From Mytilus trossulus (taxonomy: Eukaryota): a stretch of 64,000 nt of DNA. The notes below the pieces were generated by a model. That model was not told the DNA's origin, ran no database searches, and worked only from the letters and a program-made list of their open reading frames with translations. Of this stretch, positions 1 to 11,400 are shown piece by piece. The DNA lies in assembly GCF_036588685.1 (NCBI RefSeq), contig NC_086376.1, positions 45,074,001-45,138,000 on the forward strand. The letters are read 5' to 3'. Positions within the stretch are counted from its first letter, which is position 1, and every line of letters starts with the position of its first letter. A program made the position numbers and the translations under genes.

Positions 1-34
1 GAAGGATCGGTCGATTCTCTCTAATCACAACGGT

Positions 35-150
35 TCCTTCAACAATCCGGAAAAACTATGAGTAACCGCCACAACTATGATCACTATGCAGTAATAGTGA
101 AATCGGAGTTAAACATCAACCAATCAATTAATCAAACAATCAATCCATCA
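35..150 (+). mobile_element. 3' end of a SINE-like repeat with (CAAT)n-like tail
   Basis: 'aaaaactatgagtaaccgccac...gttaaacatcaaccaatcaattaatcaaacaatcaatcc' resembles 63388-63480. The family is assigned from recall of bivalve SINE tails. Confidence 0.4.
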
Positions 151-849
151 ATTACTCATACAATCGTTTACAATTGGTTGTAATTAAACAAATGAGTGAT
201 AAATTATAGTTAATTATAATAAATTTTAAGACATACTAAACATAAACAATTTATAAATTAACATATATATCAAGAGCCACTCTTAAAAAAGATTTATGAA
301 CTACTACGGATATTTTAAACAATATTTGAGAAAAACAAAATTTAATGAATCAATATATTAATATAGATTATATATCCGCGTCAAACGAGACGACGTGGGA
401 GCCCCATCATGCGTGACCGTATATTTAACTATAAAAGGTTCCACATGACAAAATGATCCAAAATGCGAACTTTCCAACGGAAAAAACAACGACGAACAAA
501 CAAAAAACACAACTTACAAAGACAAAGGACTCAAAATTGAAAATTATATTATAGTGGGTTTCCTTACATCATGTTTCCTATGTTGTTATTTTGTAACAAG
601 ATGTCTTTGTTTCCGAGACGAAGACGCTGCATTTCTTCCGTATACTTGTAATTTATGCAAGTTTTACGAATAAAATATTGTTTAAACTAAAAGACACAAA
701 GTACCAAGAGCACTCACAGTTACCGAAAGCTAGTTTGAATCACATACTAACTATCAAATAAATGTTCTCCCATGCATTTTTTCATTTGCGCCGATTTTAT
801 ATTTTTCCTAATTGGATTTACAGGTATGTTAAAGGTAAGTTCATACTTT

Positions 850-1030
850 TACATTGGCTGAGCAGAGAGTATAAAGACAAAGCAAGTGACATTGCAATTG
901 GTAAATGGCTATCCCAATGTTTCGGGTTACCATTCCTTTCCCTAAATGAAATCGATGACTGCTTCACGTTTGACATTGCCTGACGCTCCGCTCCTTCTGA
1001 TGACAAATGTCATACATTCTTAGACAACGT
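850..1030 (+). pseudogene. Relic of a Mutator/MULE-like DNA transposase
   Basis: Translation 'LSREYKDKASDIAIGKWLSQCFGLPFLSLNEIDDCFTFD' fits the GKWL..FFGLPFL...EV.DCF segment of animal MULE-type transposases. It is short and ends at a stop. Confidence 0.45.
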
Positions 1031-1049
1031 ACAAGTACACATTCGGAAT

Positions 1050-1147
1050 GAACGGTCAACCAATTCGTAATGGCGTCCATAAAATTAACGAAGGGATGAA
1101 TTCAACTTCACCATTTGGAACTCTTGGTTTAATAGTTTCCTTGTGAG
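1050..1147 (-). mobile_element. Fragment of a Penelope-like retroelement-derived repeat; uninterrupted homologue of the site split at 33703/36815
   Basis: 'acggtcaaccaattcgtaatggcgtccataaaattaacgaagggatgaattcaac' aligns to 33669-33703 joined to 36820-36870. Confidence 0.55.
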
Positions 1148-1658
1148 AAAATGCGATCTCTAGAAATGCCCCCCACCAGTACATGTACGTATGTCAGACA
1201 AAGAAAAGGTGGCCTTCGTTATCGACAATGACGCCAAATTAGAAGAGACGAAATCATAAGAAAGATGTGTTGCCTATGAATACTCGAAAAGAACAGATAT
1301 ATGATTTGAATGTATTCCGTTTTTATGGATTTGAATGCTGTACATATATTTTTAATTCGTCATTTTAGTATGAATAGTATGAAACAAAGTGCTTTTATCT
1401 TAGGTTTTTACTTCTTGATTTTAAGCAGGAGACAACAGTTATATACATGTTATGATTGACAATTCATAACATATTTACAACTGGCTAACGGAATAGGTCT
1501 TTAATGATAAATGAAAAAAGCATTTCTGGGATGGAGAGTTGTCTCATTGGCACTCATACCACATCTTCTTATAAAATTTCACCTGTAATTTACCTGTTAT
1601 TTACCTGTAAAACAATCGGCGCAAATGAAAAAAAAATCGGCGCAAATGCAAAACGGCG

Positions 1659-1771
1659 CATTTTTCATATCGCATGTATTATCAGCCCTAGGTTTACTAT
1701 CAGCCCAAGAGCCGCATGGCTCGAGGGCTGATATTGACCGAGGGCTGATAATACATGCGATATGAAAAATG
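1659..1771. repeat. 113-bp near-perfect palindrome/hairpin, probably part of a foldback/MITE-like element extending to about 2410
   Basis: Perfect 31-bp arms at 1659-1689 and 1741-1771, inner arms tatcagccc/gggctgata and gagcc/ggctc, and a 4-nt loop. Three catgtgataa direct repeats lie at about 2248-2299. Confidence 0.7.
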
Positions 1772-3460
1772 ACATGTTATGATCTTTTTATCATATGCTT
1801 CAACAGTAAAGAAAAATAACAGATTAATGTATTGATTCTTTTACGTGGTTCCCGAAGTTTAAAGAGTTAAATCGTTCACGGACGTCGGACCCAAAATTTG
1901 ATGCATTCAATATTAATTTTTTTCTATCATATGCCTCACACACAACAGAGAGAAAAAAAACCCAACAGTTTAATATAAACGAATCGAAAAAAAAATAATT
2001 CAACGATATACATAATTATCAACATTGTTTGGAAAAGTCTTTTTTTTAAAGAAACTTTCTAAATTATGTTTCAGAAAAAATCAAAAAATGCATTTATTTA
2101 ATAATGTGTTTGTTTTTTATTATTTTTATCATTTTACACGATAAACTATCCATTATAATTGTTTTGTACACTACTTTGTAATGTTTTTCACTGAAAACGT
2201 AACATTGGAGTGTATTTTCCGGAATTGGCCGAGTATCACCGGAATGCCATGTGATAACGTTACGGAAAGGCATGTGATAACAATCGAAGCATGTGATAAA
2301 CTACTCATATATCAGCCCGCTAAGCACCAATTCGAAAAATATGAAATTAACGTCAATTTAATGCTATTATCATACGGTAAAATTTATATGTTATTTAGTC
2401 TAAGTATATGATAATATTTAATATGTCATAAATGTACATGGTCTGAGATATAACATTATCTTGTGCAATGTCAAATTAAAAATATATGACAGAATGCAGG
2501 AACATAAGTTTACATAACTGTATAGCAATTTGTTTTAATCAATGATTAATGAAAACAGTCCTTTCTGCTATTCTTCTATTATCTCAACACTTTTATCTAG
2601 CCTCTAACTTGTACGTCCTTCTGTCCATTAATTTTAGTTTTAACAGAGTTGATCATTTCACAAACGGTGTTCCAATTTATATTTGCCTTAAAAAGTTCTG
2701 ATTGACCCAAACGTGACATTTAAGAGGACATTAAAACCAAGGTTAAATCCATCATGTTCTACATGCATGAATGCCTTTACCAAGTCAGAAATATGCCAGT
2801 TGTTATCCATTCGTTTAATGTTTTACAGCTTTTTTTTCTAAATTTGGAATTTTTTGAATGGTTGGTTATAGATTCCATCTCATTTCATCTTAACTTAACC
2901 AAATATCAAAATCAGAACTTTCCGTATATTATTTACGCACTGATGTCATATGAAATGAAAAAGTTCCCATTACAAAACTTAGTTTCATCATTCAATCTCG
3001 ATTCTAATCATCAACAAGCATTATAAAAAAATAATTATTTCTTGAAGACTAAGCAAAGGATATTTCTATTGTTGTCTCGACAGAGCAAGTATTTAAAAAA
3101 AAAAGCAATCAATGATGGTCGGGATTTTAAATTCATTCTACAATAAAACATTTTTCAAATACTTCAAGTCTAGGTATACATAAAAAAAAATGAGATGATG
3201 GCCTAAACTCCAAACTCAGTTGGACTTGGTGCCGATTAAAGCATCTCATATAAAACATTCGTTGTTTTTCACAGATTCACCCGTTATAAACGCAAAAGAT
3301 TTATATGTCTTTTTTATTAAACAAAAATCTCATATGAAATACAAATTCATAAATAAATAAAGGCAGGAAATAAATTTTCATAAATAAACAAACACACACA
3401 GAGAAACTACGAATGCAACTGTTCAACAAACTTGATCGGAGCAGGGTTTGACTTCAGGTT

Positions 3461-5448
3461 TTAATGTCTGTTCCGAATACATCCAACAAGGCTTCTGACA
3501 AAATCCATCAGCTTAGGTGTTTTCTGCTTAGATTCGCTAACCTCCGATTGATGTTTTTTCTGTGATGATTTAAATTCTTCTTTTCTTTTCTGTGTTTCTC
3601 CCTTTGCTATACATTTTTCATATTTCTTCTGGTTCTCAGCTTTCTTTTTATCAATCTTTCTTTTCTTCTTAATTTTTTTTTCTTCTCGTGCTTTTTTCTC
3701 CTTAGATTCCTGAGCCTCCATTTTCCTTTCAATCTCCCGGGCCTCCATTTTTCCTTTCTTTTTTGATTCGTTTTCTTTCAGTTTTCTTTTCTTCTCAGAT
3801 TCCTTTGCTTCCATTTTTTCCCTTTTCTTTGCTGCTTTGAAGAGTTCTTTGATTCCAACCTTGTAATCATTGATCTTTTCAGCAGATACTTTTTTGTTAT
3901 CCGTTTCATTTATTTCAAGTTTGTCTTCTGTCATCTGAAATTAAAAAAGGTATAAAAAGGTATAAGGCTTCAATCACTGATTTGTTGCCAACTTAATGCA
4001 TACAGTATCAAGCATAAAGCATACTGCCGTAACATGCATAAAGCATACCGCAGTATCAAGCATAAGGCATACTGCAAAACCAAGCATAAATTAATAAGCA
4101 TAATTTTCTTTAGCTTGAGTACATATACTGGACACTTCTACGGTATTTTGTGTGTTTTGGACAAGTCTTTGGTGGTCTGTTTAGATTTTTTATTGAAAAT
4201 TTCCCTCCATACGTTGCTTCTTTTAAAAGAACAAGGAGATGTAGCATGATTGCATATGAGACAACTATCCATCAGTTACAAGAGAGCAAAGTTGCTAACA
4301 ATCATGAGGCACTGTATTGCCTTCAGTAATGAGCAACCTATTAGTTTGTTTTATACTGTTTTGGGTTTGATGCCTCATTCACCTATGGAACTTATCTTTT
4401 ACCAACATAGTACGTACCTGTAAAGCTCTCAGTTCATTGTCATCTTCGTTTTCAAATGAATTCAGGGATTCACCTCTTAAAAAAATATATAAGAAAGATG
4501 CTACTAGAACTACATGGATTTTGTTTTATTTTGGTTCGATCTTTTAGATATTTCAGTATCGATAACACAATGGAAAAGGGTGAAGCGGTAAGATTGCCAA
4601 GTTAACAACTACTAGTTTCCATCAGCGACAATCAAAACTTTGACGTTACCAACTACAGGCCCAAGGCGTAAGACGTTTTTAAACTACAAACATTAAAATA
4701 TTTTCTGAAACAACACATTACAGTTGCTGTATCTTAAGATATTAAAGTCAAATCCATGATTAAATGTGAACAAATAAAAAAGGGTAAACAAACAATATGC
4801 TAAAAGATGAACAAATCAAATATGGCAAACGGAGAAAATATCAAGATGCATATGGAAAAATTAACAGTTAAAATTATCACTTGAAATCATGACATTGTTT
4901 TACATTGAGATAGAATGGTGTTCACGCGCTCTACAAATTGTTTTGATAATGTTTGTTATACCTGATATTAACTCTGTAAGAATCACATACATTGTTACTG
5001 GGTTTTTTTTTCTCAATAACTTACTAGTAGCGTTATGATTGAAGTCATGCTCCATGCCATCATTTTGGAATATAAAATCCTTTTTATGTACAGGTGTATC
5101 ATCCCCTGCTCCATGTTCCTTCTTAGGTATGTGGAATGTAACTGTATGTTCTTTTTTTAAACCCTTTTCTTCGTCTGCATTTTCTCCAGCAGCTGACTTC
5201 TTTTGAGTTATTTCTTCTTATATATATATAAAAAAAAAGTATGTGAAATTATTGTAATCATAAAACACAAAAAAACCTGTTCATCAGTAATAGTATAGTT
5301 ATTTGTAGACTAACTCTCCGTAGTTTTGTTATTTTTTAAATGGTTTTGTTGGATTGTCATTCAATTAAATGAATTCGTGTTGTCACTGTTCGTTTCTTCA
5401 GACTCATATTTAAGAATAAACAAGACTTTTTAGTGATGGAAGAAAATC

Positions 5449-5485
<37 letters not shown>

Positions 5486-8400
5486 AAACAGACCAACATT
5501 TTAAAAAACGACATTGTATATGACAATACACCTCAACTGGTCATTCATTCAAGCCTCTCCATGCATGTACTGTACATTTGTCGGAAAATACGCGAAGTAC
5601 TAACATTACGTTATGGTAACGTTGTAGATAAGGTACCAGATACAGCTTCAGATAATGGTATGTATAAAATTATTCATTAAGAGTAATGTATGTGCGAGTT
5701 ATGTTAACAAAAATATTTAAAATTTTCAGAGGAAGAGCGGCAATAATGGCGTTTTGTTTATGCTTTTAATATGTACATGTAGTAATTTTGTGTCCTGAAT
5801 TTATACATCATATCTCTTCTTTTCGATAATGTTGTTGAATAATCTAAGTAAATCGTGCGTTGTGTTTTCTATACGTTTAATCGTTGTGATAGCTAATGCA
5901 TATAATATAACGTCACACAGTATAGCGTTATGGTAACAACGTTACCATAACGTAATGTTAGTACTTCGCGTATTTTCCGACATTCTGGGGGCCGACAAAA
6001 GTGAAATTTTTATATGAAAATATTAAAAAATGTAAATTCACAATATAGATAAATAAATATTTAAAATTAATGTCCATCTCAAATAAAATAATCTACTTCC
6101 TTAACCTTAAATAAACACAATTAAAGTTTATTTCTTGGTCCATTCGTGGATGTTTCTCCTGGCACACACGGCGGCTTCACGAAACGGTAATCGTCTTTGT
6201 ATGTTACTAGTTCCCGGTTGTTGAGTTTCACGTGTTTCCTTTGGGTGGATATTGTCACATATCTCTAAGGGATATAATTTGACGATGTAACAGTAGAGGG
6301 ATTCGCTTTGACAAATGGTAACTACGAAACCGCAGTCAACCTTCTCAGAGATCGGTTCGGACAACCTAGCAAACTGATACATGCTTACATGAAAGCACTC
6401 ATGAATTTACCCGCACCGACGAATGATGCTTTTAGTTTAAGGTCTTACGGAGACAGATTAGAATCATACGTACGAGGATTAGAGTCACTTGGTCAAACAT
6501 CAGAGATGTATGGTTCGCTTTTGGTACCTGTAGTTTTGGACAAGTTACCGATTGACGTAAGAAAATCTATTGCAAGAGAACACGGGAGAGATAATTTGAT
6601 GTTGCAAAATCTACGAAAATCAATAACTAAAGAGATTGAAATACTTGAGGCAGGACAGGGAGTCATGGAACCGGACAAATTGCACACCACAGCATTTTTC
6701 ACAGGTACACAACCAAGATCACACAATAAAGGTAAATTAACTGACACACGGAAGAAGGTAAATACGCATACATGTATTTTTTGTTCAGGTCAGCACTATC
6801 CAACGGAGTGCTCTGAAGTAACAGACGCAAACGCTAGAAATCAAATAGTAAAACAGAAACAACTATGTTTTAACTGTTTAGGGTCACACCGGGTGGCCGC
6901 ATGTAAGTCTACAAAACGGTGTAAAAATTGTAATGGAATGCATCATACAAGCATATGTAAAGGGAAAGAGGTCATTACAGATACGAAGCAGGAGCCGAAA
7001 ATACAGCAGACAGCTATCAACGTGGTTGAAACATCAGACACAACTAGTGTATTGCATGCATCACAAGTAAGTCCCGACATTCTCCTAAAAACAGCAACTG
7101 CACCAGTTATATATAATGACGTAAAAACAGAATGTAACATCTTATTTGACGAAGGAGCGCAACGTTCCTTTATCACTCAGAAATTAGCCGATAAACTTGA
7201 AATTAAAACAACGGGGAAAGTCAGCATTCAACTGTCTGCGTTCGGAGATTTATCTCAGAAAGTTCGTAACTTGGAAACTGCAACAATACAATTACAGACC
7301 GACACGGGAGAAAATGTGCGTATAAACACACTCATTGTGCCGGAAATTGCCGTCCCGATTCATAACAGTATTTCACATACTACAAAGAGCTTGCCACATT
7401 TGAGAGGACTTAAACTTGCAAATTCTGTACACAGTGGAGAGCGTTTTGAGATCGACCTACTAATAGGCGCGGATTATTACTGGGAAATTATTGAGGACAA
7501 AATCATAAGAGGAAAAGGACCCACCGCTGTACAGTCAAAGATAGGATATCTGTTATCAGGACCAACTATTGGAAATATCAGCCAGCATTCAAGATCTACA
7601 GTTCTTTTAAACGTCATTTCATCCCATCAATTGGAGGAGACAGAGATTGAAAAGTTTTGGACACTTGAGTCAATAGGAATCAATACATGTGAAAACAAGG
7701 AGAACAACAACTATTTACAGACATACCAGAACACAGCTATTGATTACGAGAATGGAAAATACACAGCAAAGTTGCCTTGGAAAGTTGACCACCCAGATTT
7801 GCCTTCAAATATGGCCATTGCTAAAGGTAGGACCGATAATATAATTAGACGTCTAAACCGGGAACCGGACTTGCTACAAAAATACAGTGAAATAATCAAT
7901 GAACAAGAAAAGAGAGGATTTATAGAGAGGGTTCCAGATATGGAAGATGATAACAACAATCATATGATTCACTACATTCCTCACCATCCTGTTAAAAAAG
8001 ATTCCGAGACTACCCCTATTCGTATAGTGTACGACTGTAGTTGTAAACCACAGCAAGATTTAGCAAGCTTAAATGATTGCTTAATGTCAACACCACCAAA
8101 TCTAAATGACTTGACGAAAATATTAATGCGATTCAGAATCGGAAAATATGGTATCAGTACAGATATTGAAAAGGCATTTTTACAGATAGGACTTGACAAG
8201 AAGGATCGTGACGCTACACGTTTCTTTTGGCTAGCTGACCCCGACGACCCACGTAGCAATCTTACAACTTACAGGTTTAAATCGATATTGTTTGGCGCAA
8301 CATGCTCACCATTTATTTTAAATGCCACTCTACTTAAGCACTTGGACGAAAATGAAAATAGTATAACACAAACGATGAAAAGGGACTTATATGTAGACAA

Positions 8401-11400
8401 TATTCTGTCAAGCGTTGAGACTTATGACGAAGCCATTGCATATTTCAAGGATGCGAGAAATGTCATGTCAAAGGGAGGATTCAATTTGCGATCTTGGAGC
8501 TCAAACTGCAGTGATTTAACTGAAATTGCAAAAAACGAAAATTTAGCCGAAAAGAACATAACGGTAAAAATACTAGGAATGATATGGAACACTGAAAAAG
8601 ATACAATTTCTTTTCATAAAGTTAATGTAACGGATATTAAGGAACCAAACATAACAAAACGTGAAATACTGAGTCAATCATCTCGAATCTACGATCCTAT
8701 GGGATTACTTTCGCCAGTGTCCGTTAGGGCCAAAATCTTAATGCAAGACCTCTGGAAAGACAAACTTGAGTGGGATGAACCACTACCGTTAAACGTACAA
8801 CAACAGTGGATGGAATTAGCTAGAGACTTAGAATTTTCAACAAACACAGAGTTACCGAGACAGATTTTAACTAAGAGTACAGATGAACCAAAACAGTTAC
8901 ATGTTTTCGTTGATGCCAGCCAGAAAGCCTACGGATCAGCTGTTTATATTACAAATGGACAGCAGTCAACATTAGTATTTGCTAAGAGCCGTGTTGCACC
9001 TATAAAGACGTTGACATTACCACAATTAGAACTAATGGCCGCTGTGATAGGAGCTAGAATTGCAACACACGTAAAATCAGCTTTATCAATAAACAAAGTC
9101 ACGTATTGGTCGGACAGTCAAATAGTTTTACACTGGTTAACAACGACTAAACATTTGAAAAAATTCCTTCACAACAGAATTACAGAAATTAAATCTTTAA
9201 CACAGGATTCAGAGTGGAAATATTGTCCAACGAATGACAACCCTGCAGACCTATTGACAAGAGGAATCAGCGCTTCACAACTAGCAGATGCTAAACTGTG
9301 GTTTAATGGACCGGAATGGATCAATTGTTCAAAATCTTGGCCGCAGTGGACACCTAACACATGCATTCTTTTAACGAATATAGATCAAGAGGAGAACGTT
9401 ACAAATACAATTGAAGGGAATAATACACATGGCATTCATTGCATACTGGATATTATGAGATACAGTACATTAACAAAGATACTACGTGTTAGTTCGTGGA
9501 TTTACCGATTCATAGCGAATTGCCGCAAATCACGCTCACAGAGAATACAGAGCAAATTCATCACATGCGAGGAACTACAAGCTGCAACAGAAAAATGGAT
9601 AATAAGTGCTCAGAGGATTTCATTTGATAAAGAAATCAGGACTTTGAAGTCGCAATCGAACACACCCAATACTTTAATTCGACAATTACGACTATATATA
9701 GACGAGAAAGAAATTATTCGTTGCCGCGGGAGAATTCATAATGCTCCAATTAGTGAAAATTCAAGATTTCCGTGTTTATTACCAAATAATTATCATTTCA
9801 CTGAATTGCTTATATCGGAAGTTCATAAGAATTTAAAACATTCAGGAGTATTAGCCACAGTCACCGAGATTCGCCAAAATTATTGGATACCTAAAATACG
9901 TCAACAAGTGAAAAAAGTTCTTCGTAAATGCGTCACTTGTCGTAAAGTAACCGGAAAACCGTACAGTGCGCCAGATCCTCCACCTCTACCAAAGACAAGA
10001 TTAATGGAAGCACCACCGTTTACCGTCACAGGTGTTGATTTTACTGGAGCGTTATATGTTAAAGACAATAACGGACAAGGGAGCAAAGTATTCATATGCT
10101 TATTTACATGTGCGTCAACGCGCGCAGTGCATTTAGAGGTCGTCACAGATCTTAAAGAAAGATCTTTTTTACAAGCGTTCAGAAGATTTACGAGCCGCAA
10201 GTCTTTGCCGAGAGTGATGATATCTGACAATGCGTCAACATACATGGCCGCATCCGAGACTTTAGAGAGACTAACCAAATCTGAAACCTTAAATGATGCG
10301 TTATCCGTCTGTGGAACGACTTGGAAATTCATAATAAAACGAGCTCCCTGGTATGGTGGTTGGTGGGAGCGCTTAATAGGACTAACAAAAATGTGCTTAC
10401 GAAAAGTTCTTGGAAGATCGTACATTACATTGGAGGATTTACAAACAATAGTCACCGAAATTGAAGCCGTGTTGAACGATCGGCCTTTAACGTATGTGTC
10501 CACCGACATCGAGGATCAGGAACCTTTGACACCATCGCACCTGCTTTATGGGAGAAGGATTACAACTACACCGTATCCACGACAAGACATCGACGAAAAT
10601 ACAAGTTTCATAGAAAGAAGCGACATTTCTAAACGTGCTGAACTACAAAATTTCGTAATTGACCAATTTTGGTCACGATGGAAATCAGAATATCTTACGT
10701 CGCTACGTGAATACCACACCAGAACAGGAGATAACGACCAGACAATTAAAGTGGGAGATGTTGTTCAAATCCATGAAGACAAGTATCCAAGAAACAAATG
10801 GACAATTGGAGTCGTTGATTCTTTAATAACTGGAAATGATGGACTTACAAGAGCAGCCGAAGTGAGAACAAAATCCGGACGCTTTTCACGACCGATCGTC
10901 AAATTATATCCCTTAGAGATATGTGACAATATCCACCCAAAGGAAACACGTGAAACTCAACAACCGGGAACTAGTAACATACAAAGACGATTACCGTTTC
11001 GTGAAGCCGCCGTGTGTGCCAGGAGAAACATCCACGAATGGACCAAGAAATAAACTTTAATTGTGTTTATTTAAGGTTAAGGAAGTAGATTATTTTATTT
11101 GAGATGGACATTAATTTTAAATATTTATTTATCTATATTGTGAATTTACATTTTTTAATATTTTCATATAAAAATTTCACTTTTGTCGGCCCCCAGAATG
11201 TCGGAAAATACGCGAAGTACTAACATTACGTTATGGTAACGTTGTTACCATAACGCTATACTGTGTGACGTTATATTATATGCATTAGCTATCACAACGA
11301 TTAAACGTATAGAAAACACAACGCACGATTTACTTAGATTATTCAACAACATTATCGAAAAGAAGAGATATGATGTATAAATTCAGGACACAAAATTACT

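Larger units (their letters stand above)
5579..11348 (+). mobile_element. BEL/Pao LTR retrotransposon, 5'-rearranged
   Basis: TGTCGG start at 5579 and ...TTCAACA end at 11348. 5-bp TSD ACATT at 5574-5578 and 11349-11353. Single gag-PR-RT-RH-IN ORF. Confidence 0.93.

Noticed and set aside
5453-5483. Poly-A run as a retrocopy tail
   Set aside because: No TSD or recognisable element lies upstream. It is treated as a simple homopolymer.
6128-6382. 84-aa minus-strand ORF as an independent gene
   Set aside because: It is a chimera of antisense gag and the inverted copy of the pol C-terminus.
9901-10509. 202-aa antisense ORF and other minus-strand ORFs within pol
   Set aside because: These are shadow frames of the pol ORF with no recognisable motifs.
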